Assembly (NCBI GenBank): GCA_024626585.2
Contig: JANKJI020000004.1
Span: 35,805,781-35,830,234, forward strand
Source of the DNA: Ginkgo biloba
Lineage: Eukaryota > Plantae > Ginkgophyta
Length of the DNA: 24,454 nt
Reading direction: 5' to 3'
Under the pieces are notes generated by a model that searched no databases, was not told the DNA's origin, and saw nothing but the letters and a program-made list of their open reading frames with translations. Both the position numbers and the translations under genes were made by a program. Shown here in pieces: positions 12,701 to 23,580 of the stretch; positions within the stretch are counted from its first letter, which is position 1, and each line of letters begins with the position of its first letter.

Positions 12701-15700
12701 AGGGGAAAGCATCTGGAATGTCATGAAATCAAGGAGAGACTTGACGGTCCTAGAGATGGTTCCACAAGTGTAGAAGCGTGATTGGACGATGGCAACCCAT
12801 GCTTTGAGGACGAAGGAAATAAAAAAGGGATAGCATGTTTTGTACCCCAACATATGTATATGATTATGGATAATTGTATATGGATAAGTGATGGCCTATG
12901 TTTGTAAGAGTAACCACAATAGCACTCTAGAAAGAGTGTTAAGCTCTAAGTGGAGGTAGGCTAATGGTGAGGCTAAGAAGGCCTATTTTTAGTATATGAA
13001 GGCACTCAAGCCTCATTTGTAATCATCAATGTGACTTTGAAATCTTTTGTAGTGTTGTAGCTCATTTTGACTGAGAGACTCTTTGTGAACTCTTGGCTCA
13101 TTGCTTTTGGGTCACTAGTGGAGATTAATACATTTTCTTTCTTTGTTTCAAGTGTGTCCTTTATGATCTATTATTGTGACCATATTGTGATATTTTGGCT
13201 CTACACATGGACAACTTATTGTAATGTGGAGGATTTATGTTTATTCTATTGCTATCCATGGACTTATATTAATTCATAGTCAATTTGAGGGATGAAATCC
13301 TAAAGATCCAACACATTGTTTTTCCCTATCAACATTGAAAAGCAAACACAAAGGATAGAAGCATTGGCTTTCCTATACACATTGCACAAGTATTGCCTTT
13401 GCAATCAGTTTAATTGTTCTCTTTGACTTTGATGCAATCACCGAGAGGAGGATTTTGGCCAAAAGTATGNNNNNNNNNNNNNNNNNNNNNNNNNNNNNNN
13501 NNNNNNNNNNNNNNNNNNNNNNNNNNNNNNNNNNNNNNNNNNNNNNNNNNNNNNNNNNNNNNNNNNNNNGGAGAGAATTAGCTACCAACTTACACAACCC
13601 TTAGCCTTTGAAATTTTTGGCTAGTTTCATATCTAGTTCATATTCTTAGATCTAAGTAACCCAATTATCCCACTTTCCACTCAACTCTTGCTAATTTAAC
13701 ATTAACTTGACTAGTGCAAATGGTACATAAGCTATAGTATGAATATATAGCCTGAAGGCTTTACTAGCCTTGACTAAGGAATAGGATTGTCTCTCAACAT
13801 ATGAGTATCTTAACTCATATTCCTTCAACACCTTTATCATAAAAGCAACATGGTGCTCATGAACCTCATCATCCTTTTCCAATAAATATGTGGCAACGAC
13901 TTGATATGAACCATGTGAATAAATGATAAAGTCTTTCTTGAAATTAGGCATCACAAGCATTGAAGTTATCATGAGAGCCTCTTCTATATTCAAAAATACT
14001 TCTTTAGCTTCTTCTATCCATTTAAAATCCACATACTTCTTTCAAAGATGAGTAATTGGTCAAACAATGTCGACAAAATCATGGATGAATCTCATTACAA
14101 AATTGATCTTACCTAGGAAACAACAAATAAGATTCTTGTTAGATGGAAATTGCATATATTGAATTAATTTGACTCTTTATAGGTCTATATACCCACATTC
14201 CTTGGTGATGATGTGTACCAACAACTTCCCTTTTATCAACCCCAAGATTAAATTTTTAGGATTAAGAGAGATACCAAAACTCTTGCATCTCTCAAATATT
14301 GTCTTAAGATGATCAATGTGATTTACTCTCTCTTTGAAAAATATGGTGTGATTGTCCAGATAAATTACAATTATCTTACCAATAATAAAAAAAAAAAAAA
14401 AATCCATGGCTCTCTGAAACGTGGCCCCTACATTCATTATTCTAAATGGTATATGTTTTTATACAAAGGTTCCCCATAAAATGGTAAATATTATTTTGTG
14501 ATGATCATATTCTACCACAAATACTTAATAGTATCCTAAGAATACATATAGAATAAACATCATCTCTTCTCCAATCACCATCTACAGTAATTGATCCATC
14601 ATTGGTAATGTATAGTTATCCTTTAATAATTCTCTGTTGAGGTTCCTAAAATCTATACATAGATCAATCTCCCCATTCTTCTTTCAAATTAGAACCAAGT
14701 TGGCCACCCATATGAAGTATCATATTAGGAAGATAATCCTTGCATTCAAAATTTGTTTATATTCCTTCCATATGGTTCTTTCTAATTTTGCGATGACACT
14801 CCTAATCTTCTGTCTAAAATGCTTCACTTCAGGTTTGAGAGGAATATTATGTTGAATAACCTAAGGGCTGAAGAGATTTATTTCATCATAGGTCCAAGGA
14901 AAAATATCCTTAAATTCTTAGCACAAGGAAATTAGTTGATCTTATTCATCTTGGGTACAAAATCAATCGATATGACTGACCCTAGGATTTTTTGCAAATT
15001 TAATGTTGAAATGGATTGTTTCATGGATAATTCACTTTGATAACTCCTCTAATTTTTGACCCAGATGAGGTACACAACCTAGGCTTAAAAGGGATTTAAG
15101 GATCATCAAAACTTTCGATATTTTATTTACACATAATTGGATCACCCCTTCTTCATGGTCATTACTTTGATTGATCAAATTTTCCTCTTGTTTCTTTAGG
15201 ACTTTTTGGCAAAGGACATGTTCATCAGGACTTACTATTCTTTAATAGGGACTTTCTACCCTTCATTGACTTTTTCAGAGATTGAATTCAATTTCTATTG
15301 TCTATCTCCTTTTCAGCTTCTCTATTTGGTGGTGCTTATCATTTTAAGAGTTCCAAGCACTTTAGAATAGTAGTTGCCTTGGTAGGAGAATTTGAGATCA
15401 TATCATTTTATGAATGGGTTGTTGAGTACACTTTCCAAGTTATGGACCTCAGAAAAACCAAACAGAGAGTAGAATACCAAGGTTATGCATAGCTAGACTA
15501 TTCAAAGAATTAAAGATATGAACAAAGATAGACAAGAACAAGAGCTTTACATTACTGGGGGTGAGAATGTACAAGGGGATCAATACTAATTAGACAGGAT
15601 AGCAAGATTGAGCTATGCCCTAGTAAGATTTGGTATGGCTCTCACAAAATAATGGGGGACCTTTATGGTGAGGGATTCCCCGTACATACAAAGAGTGTTC

Positions 15701-16367
15701 GTTTGAGGGAGGTTGTGTACCNNNNNNNNNNNNNNNNNNNNNNNNNNNNNNNNNNNNNNNNNNNNNNNNNNNNNNNNNNNNNNNNNNNNNNNNNNNNNNN
15801 NNNNNNNNNNNNNNNNNNNNNATCAGGTGTTCATTGATGTGATTCCACATCAATTGTGCTTTAAAAAAATCTCAAAATAAAAAAAGGAAGCAAAAGTCCA
15901 TAAATTTTTTTAATTTTTAGTGATCACCAAGTATAACTTAACACTCTAAACCCTAACTTGTTCTGCAACTTACAAAATGTGAAATTCTTACTTTTATGTT
16001 GTATTAGCTCATTATGAGCACCACAACAAGAAGATAACAAGACATCTAAAGCTGCTGCTAGTGCAAAGGTTTGCCCCTAGGTTCATCTCTGAAGACAATC
16101 TATGTTATGTTTTTGTTGCATGTAAATATTCATGTTCTTTAAGTACATGTATATAGTATTCCGTCGCCCATTAGCTCAGAATCACCATAGGATGTAATAG
16201 TTAATTTCTAGGTTTCATGTTTTGAAATCATACAAACAATCATTGCAATGGAAATATTTTGTCTTCTCAAGCTACCATACTGTTGATGTATATTTTATTA
16301 TTCAATTAATATAATCAACTTCTAACTTTAAATAAAAATACATATACATGTATGTACGTATACACAC

Positions 16368-16418
<51 letters not shown>

Positions 16419-19400
16419 CTAATCTATATACACATACATAGATAGATCCTCAACATTGGAAAAGGATACACCCGAGCTAATAAACTAGGGAAGCATGCCT
16501 AGAATTTGTAATAGAAACATGCCAAAAATGGATAAAAAATTTACAAATCAATGTATGGCTAGAACAAATAAGAGAGGAATAAAATATACTTAGGAAGACC
16601 CTACAAATAGTATGACCATGACAAAGAAAATTGATATAATAAAAATAGAGTGTGAGGAAGAATCATAGGGTGAATAGGAAGAGAAGTGACACTAGTCAAA
16701 GGGTTAAGTCATGAGGCTCGAAAAGAGGAGTTTCAAAAGGACCATAAAATACAAGCACTAAAAGAATAGAAAGTGAGAAGAGGAAAAGAGGTGGAACACT
16801 TCTCCAAAATATAAACCTTCAACCATCCCCTCGAATAAAGAGACACACCATAAAAGAAGGTTCTCATGAAATCACAATAGAGTATTAGGGAAACTAAGAG
16901 ATGAGGAAAAGGTGAAGTGCCAAATGGAGAATGACCATATGCCATGACACGAGTTCATACACACATGGAAGAGGATGGGGCATTTCCCACTATATGCAAA
17001 GTATAGAAATAGACTACCTATCCAGTTTTGTTGACCCAAAACATGTAGATACTTCCCCAAAAATCCACGTGATTAATGGAACCCAACACCCATCAATTAG
17101 ATAATAAGGATGTAGTTGGTTTGGAGGGATGATATCATATTAAATGGATATTAATCCCCAACAATATTGGATCATTCCATAGCCAAGAAGTGATGCAACA
17201 AAGACAATATTTTCAAATAAGAGATTGAGGAGGATGATTTGGTCACATGGATTCGATCCCTAATTAGACTCCACGGCTTGGCAAGAAAGAACCCTCATCA
17301 CTCATAGATGGTACGAGGAAGGCATCATTTGTTATGGAATTCTTGATGTTGAGGAACCATCTAGCTTATAAGTTCCCAAAAATTTATTTCCTTGCAAGAC
17401 ACCCATGTTCATTGTCCTTCATATTGTTTTCATCATACTATAGCTAGCCTCTCATAGCATAGGATCTTGGTACATTGATCCTTTTATGTAGAGTTGATAA
17501 TGTAGGTTTCATGAAGGTAAGAAGCATGGAAGTTTTGATGGTAACTCTAGAAAGGTTTGTTGACTCCATCAACACCTAAGGTAAGAAAAGGAAAATATGC
17601 TCATTTTTACCTCACAAGTGTCTTGAGTTGTGATGTGGACAACTACAAAGGGACGTAGGGACTATAACAAATAGTATTAAAAAATTATCCATGAATGGTT
17701 CCAAATGAAAGGAACTAGGTAAAAAAGGTANNNNNNNNNNNNNNNNNNNNNNNNNNNNNNNNNNNNGAGGAAATAGGGAGAGATTCTTTGAGGTGAAAGC
17801 ATCTATAGTGAGATACTTGTTGTGAACTCAATGTGGTTCTCATATGAGTAGAAATGCGATAGGATGCCTAAACTAATGCTTTGAAGCTGAAGCATGTTAG
17901 AGGGAATACTTCATATGACCTCCAACTGATGTATCTAACTATGGCTAAATTGTGTAATTGATTAACCCTCATTCTATAAAGTAACTGTGTTAAGTAGCTC
18001 AAGAGATTGTGTAAGAAGCTTGTGGGTTAGTCAACTCAAACTTGATCCACCTAATTGGTTAGGTTAACTACAACCCTATTTTGGATACAAAAAGGCAATC
18101 TATGGTTCATTTATAAGTCTATTGAATTTGCTCAATTTATTTGGAGAGAACGTTTCTCAAACATGACAATTGACATTTTTAATCTTTCAACAACGATGCA
18201 CTCGGTATAGTATGTATATGGTAGACAATTTTTATTGAATGGTAAATTATCTATAGACTATATTGCATTGTACTAACATGTTATTTGGTATTATTTTAGT
18301 GATTTAGTAATAAAACCATCACCATTAACTACATTTTATATGCATGTTCAGAAAGATGAGATGATTGGAGGTTATAACGCTCCCAAAGGCAAGCTAGTTT
18401 AGGGGATATTAGTTGAAGCTTTGATGAATACATGGACATAGTTGTGTGGTTCCCAAAAACAATCTTTTGCTCTCCATTTTAGCAACATATCAATTCCTGC
18501 CCACAATTATTTTGATATTGTTGGGAAATCCATGTTGTGGTTGGGTCTCAAAGTGAATTTTGTTTTGAAAGCCTCAGCGTTCAAAGCTTCTTCGTGATTG
18601 CATGTTACCTCTTGCATAAAACATAGTCTATCAGTAAACAAAATTTTAATAATTAAATTAAAATATATAATATATAGGAAGGGGTATAGGGAATGAATGT
18701 AACTTATGGAGTCATCATTTTAAGAGTTTTTCATACACTAAATGTGATAGTCTATTACTTGGTTAGAAGAACCCTCTCTTTAGATGGCTTGGAATTTTAT
18801 CTTCCTCTTAATGCCTTATCACTAGTTGATTGAAGTCAAGATGCTAGTTAAGATATCTTCACCAAATGATATGATATTTGCTATTACTTTTCTAATGATC
18901 TGATATGATCCAAGTTATGCTCTGATACTAGCTGACGCGGGTGTGGTCGGACAACACAGCTAGGAGGAGGTTGTTGGGTCTTGTCGATGAGCTTGATGTT
19001 GGCGTTGATTGTGCTTTCACCGACGTTTGTCGGTTATTAGTAGCGTTCACTGACGAACGTCGATGAATCCACGACATCGCTCACTCGCACCCCTCGTTGA
19101 CACCCGCCGATGACCTTTTCAAAACACCCTCGCTCGCCTTTAGGATCTTTAACAGGTCACGCCAGTAAATTGACCATCGACTACGTGCGAAAACAGATAA
19201 TTGTTGAGGGTTGAACAGTTTAGAAGATAAATGGACATAAAATTTGAGCTCACAAATACTTAGGGAACATCACACAGAAAAATGATTCAAGAGATCAACA
19301 CACAGGAGTCTTCAACTGGAGAAACCCTTGTGGGGAATAAAACTCCAGGTCATAGTAGCAACCAAGCTTTACATCATTACATCAACACCGGCCTCTGCAG

Positions 19401-20828
19401 CCAAAACCCCATTAACGAAGGTGATTACATTCCACGTAAGGTGCACAGATCGATCCGCAACCTGTAAAGACAAAAGGAGTCTTCCTTCACCCCTGTATCA
19501 CTGTGTTTTGCCGTTTGTTGGGGCTCAAACCGCTCACCCTGGTTTACCAGATAGGTACTAGCTCACAGCCTCTCGGTTTGAAAACGCCCAGGCGTGGTTT
19601 ACTGTCTTTGCTTGGTCTTACGGGTCACGTCCCCCAATTGAGCCTCTTCTCCAAATTACATGCGGATTTCTTTCCCCCAGGCTTTCTTAGAACCTAACTA
19701 CCAATCGATACACCACAACAACACTCGATTAGCTCCCCCTTGAGTTTTCGCCTCTTTGCGTCACCGGCTAATCTTCAAACAACGCCACTCTCTCCCTGAA
19801 TAGCTCCGTGATTCTCACCCTCTGTAGTTTCTCCCCAAACAACCAACGAACGACTAACCCCTTCATCAAATTGCAGGCTTTTATGCCTGAGCTTCAATGG
19901 CTCTCGACGCTTCCCTCCTTCGGCTCCAACGATTGGATTAGGTGGAGATTAACACCCTTAACGACTCCTGCCATTAATGTTGCAACGGGATTCTAGGGTT
20001 CCTTCTCTTTTGCCTCTGCTCACCTTCCTCGACTTCCTGGTAGGTGGGTTATTAACTGTGCACCAACGTTCACCTGCTTGGCTTTCTCCTCTAGCTTCTA
20101 GGTGCATGTATCTGCCTTAATTATGTTAGGTGACTGGTTCACCAACTCTTCATCTGACGTCGGTCCCCGACATAAGCTATCAGGGCTAGCTCCCAAAATC
20201 ATCTTGGTGAGCTTCACATCTTGAAGTTGTGTCGNNNNNNNNNNNNNNNNNNNNNNNNNNNNNNNNNNNNNNNNNNNNNNNNNNNNNNNNNNNNNNNNNN
20301 NNNNNNNNNNNNNNNNNNNNNNNNNNNNNNNNNNTTTTGCATGGATATTCAATAAGTGTTTGTCATTTGACATGCATTCCTATGCCACTTTCCAAGTGAT
20401 TTGTGCGTTTGTGCATTTGGTTGTGATAAATGGATACAAAAACCAATTCAAAGCATTCAAAGAAAACTAAACAATGAGTCAAACAATTTCATGGATTCCT
20501 ATCAAGACCACATTTAGAAACTAACATTTGACGCTTGAAAAGAGCCTTCCAACACTGAGGAATAAATGATGAACCCTATTTGTGTTAATTGATGTTTTAT
20601 TATCCATATATTCTAAAAAGAAACTAAAAATATACTTTATTTATTTTTTAATTCATGCATCATGCTACTGATCACATGTCCCAAGCATCACGTTTATATT
20701 GAGTACTCATAAGGGATAGGCTATATCACCTCCACATGCACCCTCTCACCACGAAATGCCATTTCAGACATCAGGTCATAAACCACTGGATTCTGTTCTA
20801 TACCCTCCATGCACATGCCCACACCAAC
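3499..20828 (-). CDS. NAGLU: Alpha-N-acetylglucosaminidase (GH89; NAGLU/CYL1-like), 3' partial multi-exon gene with 6 exons visible; 5' exons not in window
   Basis: Spliced translation: [25 protein letters not shown]...[20 protein letters not shown]...PHLWYS...[14 protein letters not shown]...[11 protein letters not shown]...[15 protein letters not shown]...[21 protein letters not shown]...stop. These are hallmark GH89 motifs from the end of the TIM barrel and the C-terminal helical domain. Visible junctions are GT-AG with compatible phases (0, 2, 0, 1 for the last four introns). Confidence 0.96.
3975..4053 (-). CDS. NAGLU: NAGLU exon (79 nt): [26 protein letters not shown](A)
   Basis: Not in the ORF track. 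Acceptor tgcag|TAT and donor G|gtaac. Matches the GH89 YExNARxQITxW...DYA motif. Confidence 0.95.
4240..4477 (-). CDS. NAGLU: NAGLU exon (238 nt): [20 protein letters not shown]...[22 protein letters not shown]
   Basis: Acceptor atcag|G and donor CAG|gtgagc. Conserved YDLVDLTRQ and FLLGxWLESAK motifs. Confidence 0.95.
4652..4778 (+). mobile_element. 3' end of a 5' LTR (...TTAACA at 4765) followed directly by a tRNA-iMet primer binding site
   Basis: taaca|TGGTATCAGAGCC at 4766-4778 is the canonical plant PBS-Met. A U5-like motif, gtggtttttcccttatgggttttccac, lies at 4674-4700. Confidence 0.8.
4779..6536 (+). mobile_element. Internal region of an LTR retroelement without recognisable gag/pol; candidate PPT+TG junctions at ~5855-5866 and 6441-6448
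   Basis: G-rich sequence follows the PBS. aagggaggat|TGTTGG and gggggg|TGTT both resemble PPT/3' LTR junctions. No matching second LTR copy was confirmed. Confidence 0.5.
7168..7415 (-). CDS. NAGLU: NAGLU exon (248 nt): [16 protein letters not shown]...[32 protein letters not shown]
   Basis: Acceptor aacag|GAC and donor AG|gtaaat. The split codon AG+G (Arg) is completed by the next exon. Confidence 0.94.
9961..10040 (-). CDS. NAGLU: NAGLU exon, 5' end lost in N gap 10041-10097: (Y)[26 protein letters not shown]
   Basis: Donor TAT|gtaagt at 9960. [15 protein letters not shown] motif. Joins in phase 0 to the DKNRD exon. Confidence 0.92.
10340..10740 (+). mobile_element. Probable L1 LINE ORF2 3' remnant (zf-RVT-like region)
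   Basis: Reads YKSIY...QLAWS / [23 protein letters not shown]...[13 protein letters not shown]...KIWLQI...TIWKQ. This resembles the plant L1 pattern VW....P+H.FILWL..LDRL...G......C...VW...IWKERN. Confidence 0.45.
11275..11597. repeat. Direct tandem duplication, period 177 bp (copies 11275-11419 and 11452-11597)
   Basis: The 145/146-bp copies differ by 2 substitutions and a 1-bp indel. The first copy abuts a 100-N gap. Confidence 0.95.
12431..13313 (+). mobile_element. Possible LTR remnant (solo-LTR-like)
   Basis: Purine-rich U3-like part, TATA-like agtatatgaagg at ~12991, T-rich U5-like part ending ...ccaaca. Compositional evidence only. Confidence 0.35.
13570..15020 (-). mobile_element. 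Degenerate Ty3/gypsy (Tat/Ogre-like) pol fragment: RT, connection and RNase H
   Basis: Minus-strand translation with stops and frameshifts: [12 protein letters not shown]...[57 protein letters not shown] (YLDD mutated), [34 protein letters not shown]. Confidence 0.9.
16371..16416. repeat. (AG)23 microsatellite
   Basis: Perfect 46-bp AG run flanked by degenerate TA/CA repeats. Confidence 0.98.
18350..18625 (-). mobile_element. Possible hAT transposase (DUF659-like) remnant
   Basis: Minus strand MQEVTCN...[13 protein letters not shown]... / [17 protein letters not shown].. / FGSVI.LQ. The order matches hAT motifs VQVVTDN, HCLDL..DIGK..W and NH...S.LELLKP..TRFAS..I.LQ, but divergence is high. 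Confidence 0.4.
18919..20234 (-). mobile_element. LTR of a minus-strand retrotransposon with adjacent PBS-Met; GC/CpG-rich
   Basis: gctctgatacta at 18919-18930 is the reverse complement of TAGTATCAGAGC (PBS-Met with 1 mismatch). After a 2-nt spacer, TG at 18933 is the CA end on the minus strand. U5-like hairpin at 19316-19348. The right end runs into a gap. Confidence 0.7.
20730..20828 (-). CDS. NAGLU: NAGLU exon (99 nt, phase 0-0): [33 protein letters not shown]; contains the catalytic Glu motif
   Basis: Not in the ORF track; read manually. Acceptor ttggaag| and donor |gtgata on the minus strand. MEG aligns with the human GMAPEGISQNEVVY motif (E446). Confidence 0.93.
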
Positions 20829-22221
20829 CTTCCAAACAATACATCAAATGAGTATTTTCTAAGAATGATGCAGAAAAGCCAAAAATAGTATACAATAAAG
20901 TCACAAACAAACAAAAATCAACCAATATATTATTTTTCCAAAATTGAATATCTTAAAGTGATCTTATGATGATGTATACACTATCTATCAATCTCAATAA
21001 GTAAAATGGATGGAGTCATCAATACAAGAATAGATTAGAGAGGAACATTTAAAAATTTACACAACCACTATNNNNNNNNNNNNNNNNAATGACAAAAGAT
21101 AAACGAAAAGTAATGGTTAGATTGAATTTGAAATGTGTTAACCTCCAATTATTCTAAGCCTTCTTAGACGTTCACCGTTCACACTTAGTACATGAGGTGG
21201 AATTGAGAGTGTATAAATTAGCCACATAAGCATATACTCAATGAAATTAAAATGTGCATGTCCATTTCTTAGAAAAGTTTATAGGTTGACACATAAAGAT
21301 TATATAATTGTATGAGTTTTAACCAACAAGCAGAAATGTGACTAGAAAAGTTTGTCATAGCCAAAGTAAGAATAGTGCAATTTTCAAGAATAGAATGGAG
21401 AGAAAATGAAAGATGTCATATAACAATTTGCTTGTCTCAAACCATAAAACACTTTGTAGAGCAGACCTAGCCTCAAATGTCATCTTGGAAATCCCAAATG
21501 AGGTTGTGTGTCTAGAAGTCAAACTTAGCATAGGGCATAGCTAGAAGATATAAATTTATACGAACAACTTTGTAAGTGAACAAAACACAATTGTTGCAAC
21601 TTTATTTATGACAACAAAAGATATACAAAGCAGATACTAATGTGCAGGAACTATTTGAACTAAAAAGGGTTGTGACATTTAATCCCTTATCGAAGATAGT
21701 TAATAAACTCATCATCCATCCAAAACCAAATCCATATTGGTGACTTTGCATGGGCAAATGCCCAATTCATAGGTTATAATAGGCTTCCATGTAAATCACC
21801 CAAGGTTATTATGTAAGTACCTTAGATGTTATGGTCTCCTGGAGTTATCCTAAAGAATGTTGGTCCTCCTGAAATCATATAAGATTAGTAAGACAAAACA
21901 ATTGAGTAATCCTACTCTAGGATAGGATCCACAATATATTATAGAGTCTAATGGCTTAGCAAGACCAAAAGGGGCTTATGTAATAGTTAATCCATTAGCA
22001 TCCAGCAAAGAACACTGCTTAATAAAATTTCATTGATGCCTCCCTTAGATCATTTGTTTAGGATCCTGATGTGGATTCACACCAATAAAACACCTAATTT
22101 AATAGGATGACACTTGGTTGGNNNNNNNNNNNNNNNNNNNNNNNNNNNNNNNNNNNNNNNNNNNNNNNNNNNNNNNNNNNNNNNNNNNNNNNNNNNNNNN
22201 NNNNNNNNNNNNNNNNNNNNN

Positions 22222-23580
22222 CAAATGGAAGGTTTTTCTCTTGTGACCCTTGCTTTGGCACTACATGTGTTCGAATATCTTCCTAATTTGATTTGCTCTC
22301 TCTATTTGCCTATCTATTTATGGATGGTCTCTACCACTGAAATTTAGATTTGTGACCTAAACTTGGAATATGTCTCTCCATAAATGGCTTGTAACTTGGT
22401 GTCTCTCTCACTTGCATTTTTCCTTAGGATATTGAACTTGATAAAGATCTCTTCAATCAATACCTTGGCAATGTCATGTGTATTGTGTGTCAATTCATGA
22501 ACCTTGCCGTCTTTGTAAGTCTATCTACCACCGCCAATACTTGATCACTCTTCTTTTGTGTCTTTGGTAGTAACATAAAATCCATGGAGATGCTTTCCCA
22601 TTTGCTTACTAGTAAAGGAATCAATTGTTCTCCAAGAGCATCTCAATCTTCTTTTGTTACTTGGTAAGTATCACAAGTTTTGACATAATTTGCTACCTCT
22701 TGTTTCATATTTCTCCAATATACAATTTTTTTCACTACTGCATGGGTCTAGTCCCTCNNNNNNNNNNNNNNNNNNNNNNNNNNNNNTTTTTCCATATCAT
22801 GAAGTTCTAGAAGGTATTCTTTCTTTGCCAATACTTGAATGATCTTTTGGCACCATCCATATTGTTATTGTGCTTGATTTATTTCTTGAAATGAAAATTT
22901 GAAAGCTATTCTTTCTTTGTCAATTCTTGACAGATATTTTGTCACCAATCGTATTGTTTTTGTGCTTGCTTTATTTCTTCTCTTAGTCTTTGTTGTACCT
23001 TGGTGACATGGCTTGTTCAAGAATTCTTGAAGTGCATATGCAACCACATTCTCTTTCCTATTTTGTACATTAATTTGGGTTGGAACTCTTCAAATAAACC
23101 GCCCATTGATACTATCTTGAAGAAAGTTTTCCTTCTGGTGGAGAACTTAGCAATAGTTTGTGATGTGAGTTTATCTCTATACTTTACATCATTTGGAAAG
23201 ATATTTTGGTAGTATAACCTGTTAATGTCACTACATAATTATAACTTATTTTATTGTTGTGTATGCATTTTTATTGGCATGCACTATTGCCAACAACTCA
23301 ATAAAAAATTAGACATTGTCTTTTTGCTTCATTCCTTTCCTATTTTCCTAGGCAATTAACATTTCTTCGCACATCTGGACAACTCCAATCGCCATGCTAC
23401 AAGCATCAATAAATAACTAGACAAGTTTAAATAGGTTAATAAGAGTCAATATTTGTGCTTTAAGGTTTATCTCTTTGTTTCTAAAACTTCATTATGATTG
23501 TCAGTCCACTACAAACATCTTGACTTCTTAAATAACCAAGTCAACGGTACACGATTTGAGTGAAATTTAAAACAATGGTT
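22222..23580 (-). mobile_element. Degenerate Ty3/gypsy chromovirus-type pol fragment: connection, RNase H, integrase zinc finger and core
   Basis: Minus strand, across frames: PLTWLFKK, IDACSMAIGVV, ELLAIVHA, GKENVVAYAL, LLELHD, YWRNMKQEVANYVKTCDTYQVTK, KWESISMDF..LPKT..VVDRLTKTARF, HP*IDRQIERANQ. Confidence 0.88.

Noticed and set aside
16420-18120. LTR-like composition in further intronic segments
   Set aside because: Probably TE-derived, but no PBS, PPT, paired termini or coding motif allowed boundaries to be set.
19282-19996. Cluster of plus-strand ORFs of 61-77 aa
   Set aside because: They lie in GC-rich LTR sequence where stop codons are rarer; no homology recognised.
21940-21966. GLAKPL on the minus strand resembling the copia RNase H ADxLTKPL motif
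   Set aside because: Flanking residues do not match; likely chance.
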